From: a virus
DNA length: 64,000 nt
IMG/VR virus record: IMGVR_UViG_3300032249_000542
Span: 105,778 to 169,777 of that record
Reading direction: 5' to 3' (one strand)
Positions 54,038 to 62,984 of this stretch are shown here, piece by piece. The stretch's first letter is position 1; each line of letters begins with the position of its first letter. The notes under the pieces were generated by a model that was not told where the DNA came from, did not search any database, and saw nothing but the letters and a program-made list of their open reading frames with translations. The translations under genes were made by a program, and so were the position numbers.

Positions 54038-55973
54038 CTTATTCTTAGAACAGTATAATTTAATTACAGAAAAACAAGCTGGGGCTGCAACGTCTAGTGC
54101 TAATGCATTGGCAACACATAGATCAAATGTGAACGAATATTTGTTGGCTCAAGAATTAGCAAAAATAGCAGGTCATAAAGATATTCGTCCGGGTGAGTCA
54201 GAAGAAGAAAAACGACAAGCTAAAGCTAAACATGATACGTCAAAACTTTTGTTAGACAAAACTGAGTATGGCCATCAATCGGAACGTGCTAAACATATGG
54301 CACAAGCTGCATATAAAACGTATAAAAAAAGAGGTATAGATTTAAAGAAAGCTACTAGTTTTCACGTTAGTGCTACTGGTGGTGCTATTGGTAAGCTTAC
54401 TGGTTCAGAAGTCAAAAGTTCTGAAAATACTTCCGATGTTGTTGCAAAAATTCCTGGTAAAAAGGGATCTCCAGCAAAGTTTCCTGGAATTTCAGCAAAA
54501 TCAAATATAAAAAGTACAGAAGCTGGTGGAGAAAGATTTTCTAATATATTTCTAAGTAGTATTTCAAACTCACTTGGAGTAGATTGGCATGATCGTGCTA
54601 ATAAAGCCATGGACAAATTCGCTAAGAGAAAAGGAATAGGTCATTTACCTTTATCAAGTGTAAAAGAAGAAGGTGGTAGAAAAGAATGGTTAAGAAAAAA
54701 ACAGAATTCTAGACATTTAGCGGAAGCTGAAGAAGAAGGAAACAAATTAAGAACTGGTATACGTAATGATTATATGAAACATATTAATCAACACGGTTCT
54801 GATCCAGAAAATAAAGAAGGTGTTGAAAGAATTAGAAATCATCTTTTGAATCAGCATTTTAGATCAAATGCTAGTGAACATGAATCGACTCCGTTTATTG
54901 TGGTTTCTGGTCATGGAACAAGTAAGGATGAAAATAGTAAAAATGCTTACGCTGCTCACGCACATTTTATGGATGAACATCCTCATGTCGAAGCTGTTAA
55001 GAAGGCAACACATTTTACCAGTACAGCAGCAAAAGGCAAAGACGGTCAAGGTGGATTTGGTTTAAATGTTTATGCTCATACGCATGAACATCCAAACGGA
55101 GTTCATGTAATGAAAGTAGATACTAAGTGGAATTCACAGGGAATGGCTAGCGGAATTAAAGCAGTTGGCACCGAAGGTTCTTTAAAACCAAAACCAACTG
55201 ATGTTGCAAGAAAACCAGTTGCAAATAAACCTGCTGTGAAAAAAGCTGTTGTAAATAAACCTGTTGTGAGAAAAAGAATCGTTGAGGGTTATGAATTTTC
55301 TGGTGACGATGCATTTCAAATGCTTTCACTTGGAACTGGAATGGATGAAATAGACTTAAATGAAAATCACAAAAACTATCTAAAAGATAGTAAAGGTAAT
55401 GTACGAATTTTCGTAATCAGAGGAGCTGCTGCAAAAGAAGCTCACGTAAAAGGTGGTACAGTAGTTCCATATGGTAAAGGATATGCCGTTTTATTAGAGG
55501 AGAAACAAAATGATTATCACGTTTTTGAAAAATTTATTAAATCCCAAAGTGCAGATCACAGAGGACAAGAAACATCCATTAGAAGCTCCTTCCTTGTTGA
55601 ATCAGCCAAAAGAGAAAGTGTTACCAATAGCGGAATTGAAGCAAGAGAAACCAGTCAGCAAAGCAATGCAGAACGCAAAAAAACGATCACCCTCAAAGAA
55701 ATCCGTGAAAAACAACTTTCAAAAGAAACAGAAAAAGTAATGTTATCTGAGGCAGGAATAAATGATGGAGAGTCTGGTCTTTCAATGGCAACGTCTGGTG
55801 AGAACATGGGTAGAGATTCTACTAGAGTAAAAATTCTAAAGAGACCGTTGGAAAGATCATTGGAGGAATTAACTGGTGATGAAACAACTGCATCTATTGG
55901 CGATCAAAAAGAAGATGAGTTGAAGAAAAAAGGTATATCACTAACATCATTTAAAAAGAGAAATTACATATGA
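54030..55973 (+). CDS. Mosaic putative internal head protein with a PD-(D/E)xK-like nuclease domain
   Basis: Leader MTNLFLEQYNLITE; NE...SDVV...GISAK; repeated (I/L/V)xE sites in the C-terminal third. Confidence 0.55.
   Translation: MTNLFLEQYNLITEKQAGAATSSANALATHRSNVNEYLLAQELAKIAGHKDIRPGESEEEKRQAKAKHDTSKLLLDKTEYGHQSERAKHMAQAAYKTYKKRGIDLKKATSFHVSATGGAIGKLTGSEVKSSENTSDVVAKIPGKKGSPAKFPGISAKSNIKSTEAGGERFSNIFLSSISNSLGVDWHDRANKAMDKFAKRKGIGHLPLSSVKEEGGRKEWLRKKQNSRHLAEAEEEGNKLRTGIRNDYMKHINQHGSDPENKEGVERIRNHLLNQHFRSNASEHESTPFIVVSGHGTSKDENSKNAYAAHAHFMDEHPHVEAVKKATHFTSTAAKGKDGQGGFGLNVYAHTHEHPNGVHVMKVDTKWNSQGMASGIKAVGTEGSLKPKPTDVARKPVANKPAVKKAVVNKPVVRKRIVEGYEFSGDDAFQMLSLGTGMDEIDLNENHKNYLKDSKGNVRIFVIRGAAAKEAHVKGGTVVPYGKGYAVLLEEKQNDYHVFEKFIKSQSADHRGQETSIRSSFLVESAKRESVTNSGIEARETSQQSNAERKKTITLKEIREKQLSKETEKVMLSEAGINDGESGLSMATSGENMGRDSTRVKILKRPLERSLEELTGDETTASIGDQKEDELKKKGISLTSFKKRNYI
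55510..55740 (+). CDS. Candidate overprinted Lys/Pro-rich protein
   Basis: Strong GAGGAG RBS 7 nt before ATG; MIITFLKNLL amphipathic start, basic tail. Confidence 0.45.
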   Translation: MIITFLKNLLNPKVQITEDKKHPLEAPSLLNQPKEKVLPIAELKQEKPVSKAMQNAKKRSPSKKSVKNNFQKKQKK

Positions 55974-56374
55974 AAAATTTAAAAACATTTCTACAAGATT
56001 TAGATGAAGCAGGACGTTGTTGGAAAGGTTACAAACCAACTCCAGGTAAAAAAGCGTATTCCGATGATTCTTGCATGAAAGAAGAAATCGAACTTGACGA
56101 AGGTGAAGCATGGACACGCAAAGAAGGTCAGTCTGAGGCTGGTGGTTTGAATCGTAAAGGTATCGCTTCTTATCGTGCTGCAAACCCTGGGTCAAAGCTA
56201 TCCATGGCAGTAACAACTAAACCATCTAAACTTGATCCAGACTCTAAAGCAGCAAAAAGAAGAAAATCATTCTGCGCCAGAATGGGTGGAATGAAGAAAA
56301 GATTAACTTCAGCAGAGACGGCACGTGATCCAGATTCACGTATTAACAAAGCATTGAGAAAGTGGAATTGCTAA
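55970..56374 (+). CDS. DUF6321-like conserved phage protein
   Basis: AWTRKEG...GGLN...RRKSFCARM...SRINKALRKWNC; CWKGY module. Confidence 0.7.
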   Translation: MKNLKTFLQDLDEAGRCWKGYKPTPGKKAYSDDSCMKEEIELDEGEAWTRKEGQSEAGGLNRKGIASYRAANPGSKLSMAVTTKPSKLDPDSKAAKRRKSFCARMGGMKKRLTSAETARDPDSRINKALRKWNC

Positions 56375-57628
56375 ATGGCACAGTGGAAAGCAGATACACA
56401 AACATTTGACCAACTCATATCACGTAGATATGAAGTAATGATGTTGGCTAACAATGCCAACGGTGACATCGTGTCTACTGCTAATCCATTACCAGTAACA
56501 TTAGGTTCAGAGAATATTACAATTACTGGTAATGTGAATTTTGTTGATACAGTTAATGTTGCTAGTTCACCAGAGAATCCAGTTCATACTCATATTACAG
56601 AAGTTGGAACAAGTGGGTTATTAAATATACCTTATCTTCCAATTGGTGGTAATGTCAATGTGACGAATATTGTTGCAGTCACAGGAAATGTAACAACAAA
56701 CGGAACAATAAACATTGGAAACTTTCCATCAGTACAGACAGTAAATGGCACAATAAACATTGGTAATAGCGTTCAAGTTAATGTTACTAATTTTCCAGTT
56801 ACACAAAATGTAACCATTATGAAGAACGGTCTGGCTGTCAGCGACACAGTAGGTCTTCCAACTCGTGTTATCAATGATGAAGCATTGATATCCTATGCCC
56901 GTGGTAAGCCTGTAACAGAAGCAGATGTATTAAATGCTTATTTGATTGACAAAAGTGGTGCCACAGAAACCTTAGGTGTATCATCCAATACTATGAGCAC
57001 GGTGTGGGGAGGAACCGGATTGTATCCATGGACTACCTTCACAGGTACCGGTGATAAAATATACATTAAATCTGTCACCAACGATCCTAAAGTTCAAGGT
57101 AAGAGTGTGACCATTGAAGGCTTAGACAGTAACTACGACATCTTGATAGAAACAGTCACCTTACATCCAACTGACACCACAACACCTGTAAGCACAGTCA
57201 ATAACTTTTACAGAACTAATAAAATGTATTTGACTGGTAACAATACCAACTCTTTACCACACGATTACAATATTGAACTTAGATATGGTAGTAGCAGTGG
57301 TACGATTATTGGTCAATTTAATGCTCCTTGGGGTCGCGGTCAAAACTGTTTTTATACTGTGCCCCGTGGCTATGAAGGATTTGTATTGAGCATCAATGGT
57401 AATAGTGGTAAGATGGATGAAATCACCAGTTCATTGTGGTTTCATCCCTATGGTGGCACCTGGACACTACAAAAAAGTTTTAAGTTTATTTCAGGAACAT
57501 TCGACCACAACTTTAGAACACCATTGCGTATAACAGAAAAATCAGACATTGAGATTCGTGCGTTTGCTTTAGTTGAATCCAGTCGTATTGGCACAGAGTT
57601 CCAGATGTTAGTTCTACCTAAGGCGTAA
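56375..57628 (+). CDS. Putative virion structural protein
   Basis: N/V/T-rich beta repeats (VNVTN, GTINIGN); late region. Confidence 0.6.
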   Translation: MAQWKADTQTFDQLISRRYEVMMLANNANGDIVSTANPLPVTLGSENITITGNVNFVDTVNVASSPENPVHTHITEVGTSGLLNIPYLPIGGNVNVTNIVAVTGNVTTNGTINIGNFPSVQTVNGTINIGNSVQVNVTNFPVTQNVTIMKNGLAVSDTVGLPTRVINDEALISYARGKPVTEADVLNAYLIDKSGATETLGVSSNTMSTVWGGTGLYPWTTFTGTGDKIYIKSVTNDPKVQGKSVTIEGLDSNYDILIETVTLHPTDTTTPVSTVNNFYRTNKMYLTGNNTNSLPHDYNIELRYGSSSGTIIGQFNAPWGRGQNCFYTVPRGYEGFVLSINGNSGKMDEITSSLWFHPYGGTWTLQKSFKFISGTFDHNFRTPLRITEKSDIEIRAFALVESSRIGTEFQMLVLPKA

Positions 57629-57631
57629 GAT

Positions 57632-58288
57632 ATGGCACAGTTTAATAAAGACTCACAAACCTATGTTGACGGACGTAGAGTCCTACACGATATTCAAATG
57701 ATTGCCAACAAGAATGGCGATATCGTTACCACAGACAATCCTTTTCCTGTTACTGGTGTATTTTATCCAGAAACACATAAACCAGGTCTACATTATTCGT
57801 TCAACAATCATGCAATAAATGTTCGTAGAGGTTGGACGATAGAATCAGATGCAATGGTACCAATGATGAGTATTCGTTGCAAGTCTAACATAAGTGCTAG
57901 TGCCCTTAGTGAGTTAGAAGATTATGAATTAGGAAACAATAACGCAACCTCAAGTACAATTGTTTATGAATGGTGGTTAGGTTCTTTAACATTTGGTGGA
58001 GCAGCAGTTCCAGCATTTACATCAGTAGGTACAAGATTAGAATACAGGTTCTATACGGATTGGTTTGGTAATCAAAATGGATCTACCGTGACTAGTTTTG
58101 CTGGTTGCACAATGATTCATTCAGGAATCATTATTGGTCGCACACAAGGTGGGGATAGTGTTCATACTGCATTGAATGGAACAGGAACAGCCACGGCAGG
58201 TACTTTGCTTACACTCATGGCAAAAAGAGTTGATAGTAGCACCAAATTAGATTTATGGGGCACATTTAACTTAATAGAATTCACTTAA
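57632..58288 (+). CDS. Putative virion structural protein (N-terminal paralog of the previous gene)
   Basis: Shared MAQ..D.QT...M.AN.NGDIV.T.NP.PVT N-terminus. Confidence 0.6.
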   Translation: MAQFNKDSQTYVDGRRVLHDIQMIANKNGDIVTTDNPFPVTGVFYPETHKPGLHYSFNNHAINVRRGWTIESDAMVPMMSIRCKSNISASALSELEDYELGNNNATSSTIVYEWWLGSLTFGGAAVPAFTSVGTRLEYRFYTDWFGNQNGSTVTSFAGCTMIHSGIIIGRTQGGDSVHTALNGTGTATAGTLLTLMAKRVDSSTKLDLWGTFNLIEFT

Positions 58289-58314
58289 ATTTACTAAAAA
58301 CTAATAGGAAAAAA

Positions 58315-59838
58315 ATGAAACCTTTAAACGAAAAAGAGTATCAAGATAGGCCAGAAGATTATAAAGCTAATGATCCAAAAATGCTTAACAAATTGAATGA
58401 TCCAGAGACTGGTCTTAAAGCTGTGCAAGCAGCACAAAACGATGCAATAGCTACACGAATGGCAAAAGACACGGCAAGTTCTTTTGGTAAATCACCACCA
58501 AAACCCATACCATACATGCCACCGTATAAAAGAATAAATCAACAATCAATCAGCGGTCCTGTGACCAAAGCTAACGAGGAGAACACAATGTCACTTATTC
58601 ACGACAAAAAAACAATGAGTGTAGCAGATGCAGTATATAAGATTATGGAAGCAGAAAAGATGGCAAACAAAGATCACGATCAAGATGGTAAGATTGAGAG
58701 TGGTAAAGATGAATATCTTGGTTCACGTATTCGTGCTGCTAAAGCAGCAGGGAAACTGAAAGAAGAACTAAAAGGTAATCAACATAAAATTGATGCCAAC
58801 AAAAATGGTAAAATTGATGCTCACGATTTCAAACTTTTACGTGGTAAAAAAACCATGAAAGAAGAAGAACAAATTGATGAAGGTGGTATGCCATCAAGTG
58901 TTATCAAGCACAAGCAGTCATTGGCTTCTAAATCACCTGAAGAACTTCATGCTGGATTTAAAGAAGTTGCGAAAAGAATGGGTAAATCTATAGAACACGT
59001 AGCAAGAAGTACCGCTTGGAGTCATGGATATGGTAAAGGTCAAGGTCAAGGTAGTTCTCACTATTATGATAAAATCAAACATCTAGGAGAATCATTTGAA
59101 CTAGATGAAGCATTCCCAACAGTAGCAGATGGCGAAAAAAGTCTACGTGCCAAAGAAGGTAAGACTTCAATGGGTACAGTATCTAAAACTAAAACTGGTT
59201 TAGTTCATACCCGTGATTATGAAGATGATTCAGACGATACTCCTGCAAAGAAGGGACGTCCTACAGGTGGTGGCGCAGGTAAGTCTACAAAGAAAAAGAA
59301 ACTAACAGAAATGATTGCTGCATATAAAGAAAAAGGAATCGATTCTTTGTATGAAGAACCAGATAACGCAACTTTTACAAAAGAGTTGGAAGATCAAAAA
59401 GCAAAGTTTGATGGTAAGAAAAAAGGTGGAGATGTTGCAAAGCCATCAGTACAAGCAGTAAAGGTAGAACAATACGAAGAAGATGATGGTCCATTGTCAG
59501 AAGAACAGTTAGATGAATTGAGTAAATCAACTGTTAAATCCTATGTCATGAAAAAAATGGACAAAATGAGTGATGAACCAGTTTCAAAAAATCAATATGG
59601 ATATGCCAAAAAAGATGTTAAGGGTATGACAAATGCATATAATCGTTTGAAGGGTTACAAACCAACATCAGAAGAAGTTGAACTTGAAGAACGTACATTA
59701 ACACCTGCTGAAACTAAAGAAAAAGAAAAGAATGTAAAAGGTATGAAGAAAAAACTTTCTGGTTTTAAAGAGCGTTATGGTGATCGTGCAAAAGAAGTAA
59801 TGTATGCAACAGCAACTAAAATGGCTAAAAAGGATTAA
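58315..59838 (+). CDS. Putative internal head polyprotein
   Basis: Basic modules separated by KEE/(I/L)DE sites; EF-hand-like DANKNGKIDAHD; C-terminal KEVMYATATKMAK. Confidence 0.62.
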   Translation: MKPLNEKEYQDRPEDYKANDPKMLNKLNDPETGLKAVQAAQNDAIATRMAKDTASSFGKSPPKPIPYMPPYKRINQQSISGPVTKANEENTMSLIHDKKTMSVADAVYKIMEAEKMANKDHDQDGKIESGKDEYLGSRIRAAKAAGKLKEELKGNQHKIDANKNGKIDAHDFKLLRGKKTMKEEEQIDEGGMPSSVIKHKQSLASKSPEELHAGFKEVAKRMGKSIEHVARSTAWSHGYGKGQGQGSSHYYDKIKHLGESFELDEAFPTVADGEKSLRAKEGKTSMGTVSKTKTGLVHTRDYEDDSDDTPAKKGRPTGGGAGKSTKKKKLTEMIAAYKEKGIDSLYEEPDNATFTKELEDQKAKFDGKKKGGDVAKPSVQAVKVEQYEEDDGPLSEEQLDELSKSTVKSYVMKKMDKMSDEPVSKNQYGYAKKDVKGMTNAYNRLKGYKPTSEEVELEERTLTPAETKEKEKNVKGMKKKLSGFKERYGDRAKEVMYATATKMAKKD

Positions 59839-59840
59839 TC

Positions 59841-61031
59841 ATGGCTACCGGCAAAATTAAAGTCAACTTCAAGATGCCAACACCATCTGCTGCTGACAGG
59901 ATGTATGCCAAGCATCAAATAATCAGGAAGGCTGCTGGTCTTCCTGATGTTGACAACAATCCTGACAGACCAGATGCTGGTAAATATAGTTCTGGTTCAT
60001 CAAAACCAGTCAAACGTGTAACTCCTGTTGCAACACCAAGTGTTAATGAATCAGATATTACGGTAGTTAAGAAAGGTACTGGTATAAAGAAGAAAATTTC
60101 TGACATATCGTATGATGTATTCAAGTCACATGGTTTTGTTAAAGAAGAAGAAGTTGTAGTGGAGATGGACAATCGTACATCAAGGGATGACAGTATAGAA
60201 CGACGTAAATATAGTCCAGAAGGAATGGCAAGACAAGATAAAGAACAACAAAAACGCTTAAAAGATATTAGTGCTGAGATGCGTAAAAAATTACGATTAC
60301 CAGAACCAAAAAAAGTTGAAGAAAGTTTCAGAATTGGTGGTATGGCTAGTGGTGGTCGTGGAAACATTCACATGTATGACAGAAACCCTGGACCAAGAGA
60401 TGATGAGTCAGATCACGTTCCTTACGTTCCTAAGACGGATAAAGATAAAAAATTAGCGGCTGCTTTAACGGACGTTGGTAAGACGTTTCCTAAATCAATA
60501 ACTGCTCGTCCTAAGTATCCAAAACTAAAAGAAGCAAAAGATTCTCAAGAGTATGATTATGAAGGCGACATGGCTAAATCGGATTTGCGTTCGATTATTC
60601 ATAATGCACAAACTCTCCATGACATGATAGATGATGACACAAATCTTGCAGAGTGGTGTCAATCAAAGATTACTCTTGCTGAAGATTACATTTCTACTGT
60701 TACCAACTACATGCGTTCAGAAATGAAAGAAGAAGTTCAGTTGGATGAGAAAAAGAAACTTCCTGGTCTATGGGCAAACATTCATGCTAAACGCAAACGT
60801 GGAGAACCTCCTGCAAAACCAGGAGACAAAGATTATCCAAAGACTCTGAATATAGAAGGTGTTCAAGATGATCCAAAAGCAGATCAAATGACTACTGATG
60901 ATACAAAGTTTCCAAAGAAATCTCGCAAAGCATCAATTGTTAAAGCTGCAGCGAAAAAGATGCCATCTGAGGATCAGTTTCAAGATAAACCAGTCTTAGA
61001 TTCACAGGTAGCTCAACAAACGAATAAATAG
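59841..61031 (+). CDS. Putative internal head polyprotein
   Basis: EYDYEGDMAK...EWCQSKITLAEDY and GLWANIHAKRKRGE modules with xKE/xDE linkers. Confidence 0.62.
   Translation: MATGKIKVNFKMPTPSAADRMYAKHQIIRKAAGLPDVDNNPDRPDAGKYSSGSSKPVKRVTPVATPSVNESDITVVKKGTGIKKKISDISYDVFKSHGFVKEEEVVVEMDNRTSRDDSIERRKYSPEGMARQDKEQQKRLKDISAEMRKKLRLPEPKKVEESFRIGGMASGGRGNIHMYDRNPGPRDDESDHVPYVPKTDKDKKLAAALTDVGKTFPKSITARPKYPKLKEAKDSQEYDYEGDMAKSDLRSIIHNAQTLHDMIDDDTNLAEWCQSKITLAEDYISTVTNYMRSEMKEEVQLDEKKKLPGLWANIHAKRKRGEPPAKPGDKDYPKTLNIEGVQDDPKADQMTTDDTKFPKKSRKASIVKAAAKKMPSEDQFQDKPVLDSQVAQQTNK
61023..61030 (+). promoter_or_regulatory. Late promoter (AATAAATA)
   Basis: Tandem TAAATA cores before an AGGAG RBS. Confidence 0.55.
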
Positions 61032-61058
61032 TAAATAACTCATTTTAGGAGAAAACAA

Positions 61059-61640
61059 ATGGCTTTATGGGGAAATCTAGATGCATCTAACAATGCACCT
61101 GTTTTTGCTGATACTGGTGGTTACGGCGTTACTGCTAACACCCAGGACGCAACAATTTTTGGTAATGTAACTATCGGTGCTACACGTGCCGATGTAGCAA
61201 TGGGTATGTTTGGTGTTGACACAATAGAAGAAGCGGTAACAACTGGTGACGGTTCTAAAGCTACACACACTGGTTGGGTACTACGTACTGCGTACACAGG
61301 ACCAGTAGTTTCAATTACTGCAAATGCTGGTGCTGTTGGTACAAACAGTTATATTACATTTACTGGTGGTTCATCTGGTGCTGCAGATGGAAAAACAGGT
61401 AACACTTCAGCAAACGCAATCGTTTCTGTTAATTCAACAGGACACATTGTCTCTGTTACCGTGCTATCTGGTGGCGAATATGCAAATACACCAGTAGCTA
61501 CACCAGCAGCAGGTAACGCAGCATTTACATTAACAATGGGTGGTCGTGCTAACCGTGTATTCCAAGAAACATTAGTTGCTATGGGATCTATCTACGGTGA
61601 CGCACCAGCAGCAGAAGATACTAACTATCCTGACGCATAA
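61059..61640 (+). CDS. Virion structural protein (MALWG type)
   Basis: MALWG, MFGVD, HTGWV, GGRANRVFQETLVAM. Confidence 0.7.
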   Translation: MALWGNLDASNNAPVFADTGGYGVTANTQDATIFGNVTIGATRADVAMGMFGVDTIEEAVTTGDGSKATHTGWVLRTAYTGPVVSITANAGAVGTNSYITFTGGSSGAADGKTGNTSANAIVSVNSTGHIVSVTVLSGGEYANTPVATPAAGNAAFTLTMGGRANRVFQETLVAMGSIYGDAPAAEDTNYPDA

Positions 61641-61921
61641 TGAATTTTGGTGGCTTTATTAGTTTGGACGGTCAGTCAAATGATCGTCCAAATTATCCAG
61701 ATCAACTGTTAGTTGTTTTATCTGATTACGGTATAGATATATCGCAGATGAATGATTTAGATCCACTTGAAGATGAGGGGATTGTAGAGTTGCATCCTGG
61801 GAAATATTTGTATTTTGTGTATGCTAAAAACGATGATGGTAGTTATGATTTTCATTCTGAAGTAACCGATGAAGATGGATTGGAAGACATACTATCAGAC
61901 GAGGAAGAAGATAACGATTAA
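61640..61921 (+). CDS. Acidic hypothetical protein
   Basis: Coupled ORF. Confidence 0.55.
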   Translation: MNFGGFISLDGQSNDRPNYPDQLLVVLSDYGIDISQMNDLDPLEDEGIVELHPGKYLYFVYAKNDDGSYDFHSEVTDEDGLEDILSDEEEDND

Positions 61922-62313
61922 TGTCCTTTGATAATTTGACTGATGATAATGTCATGTTGTACGCAATTAAAGCATATGACAAACCAAACTGTATTATGAG
62001 TGAATTCTCAGAGGACATGAAACGATTTAATTACCTTAAACGATTATTTCGTAGGTATCGTAAACACAATGAGTTGCGTGAACGACTTATATTAAATCAT
62101 TTGGTCGTATTGAATAATGTATTTGGAGTAGAAGTTACCACTAGATTGTTGTTTTATGAAATGAGTCCAAACGACTACCCTCAATTAAAAACTTATTTGC
62201 TTTTTTTAAGTTGTATGCCAGATGTAATAGTTGGTATTAAAGGTAATAATATTTTGTCATCAAGTATAGAAGTTAATATGGAAATAGCAAACGTATTGAG
62301 AACCCTAAAATGA
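61921..62313 (+). CDS. Conserved T4-like hypothetical protein
   Basis: YAIKAYDKPNC...EF.EDMKRFNYLKRL...ERLILNHL. Confidence 0.75.
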   Translation: MSFDNLTDDNVMLYAIKAYDKPNCIMSEFSEDMKRFNYLKRLFRRYRKHNELRERLILNHLVVLNNVFGVEVTTRLLFYEMSPNDYPQLKTYLLFLSCMPDVIVGIKGNNILSSSIEVNMEIANVLRTLK

Positions 62314-62975
62314 TAAAAGAATCCAACGAACTAAGCCAATCATGTGGTGCAGGAATGTATTGGTGCAACACCGACAAAAAATGTAAGCCTATGCCTAAAG
62401 AAGATGCACCAACCATGTCAGCTGGTAGTGGTGCTGTTGCGGGTATTGGTGTTGGCGCACAAGGAGAACCGGGTTTCAAGAAAAGAAAGATAGTACCGCT
62501 CATCTCTTTCATTAGGCGAGGACAAAAGACATCAATTAAAGAATCAGTTGTATACAAAGAACCAGATCATAGTAGACTCTCAGATGAGGAGCATGGTGAA
62601 AATACGCATCAAAGTAATGCAATGAAGTCTGGACAAATGGATGATGTTCATCCTGCAATAGCGTCTGCAATTCATAAATTTTCGAAAGATAAAAAGTCGT
62701 TTACTGCTGCTTTATCCTCATCAAAAATTGAGAAAATAAAACCTGGAACAAATGTTGGTAATTCAGAAATTGGGCAAGGGGTAGATGCAGTTGAGAATAA
62801 AGATAAAGTAAATAGAGTAAAATCCCAAATGAAACCTGGAGGTGGTGGGATAGATAGACCAATAGTTCTTAGACATACTGACAAACAGGGACAAACACAT
62901 CATCATCTCTTAGCGGGTAATACTAGAGCAACTACAGTTGGTTATGGTGTTGAGGCGCATCACATTGATGTGTAA
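62310..62975 (+). CDS. Modular protein with a C-terminal ParB/Srx-like domain
   Basis: CGAGMYWC module, EDAPTMSAGSGAVAG module, then RPIVL...LLAGNTRA. Confidence 0.5.
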   Translation: MIKESNELSQSCGAGMYWCNTDKKCKPMPKEDAPTMSAGSGAVAGIGVGAQGEPGFKKRKIVPLISFIRRGQKTSIKESVVYKEPDHSRLSDEEHGENTHQSNAMKSGQMDDVHPAIASAIHKFSKDKKSFTAALSSSKIEKIKPGTNVGNSEIGQGVDAVENKDKVNRVKSQMKPGGGGIDRPIVLRHTDKQGQTHHHLLAGNTRATTVGYGVEAHHIDV

Positions 62976-62984
62976 AATTAAAAC

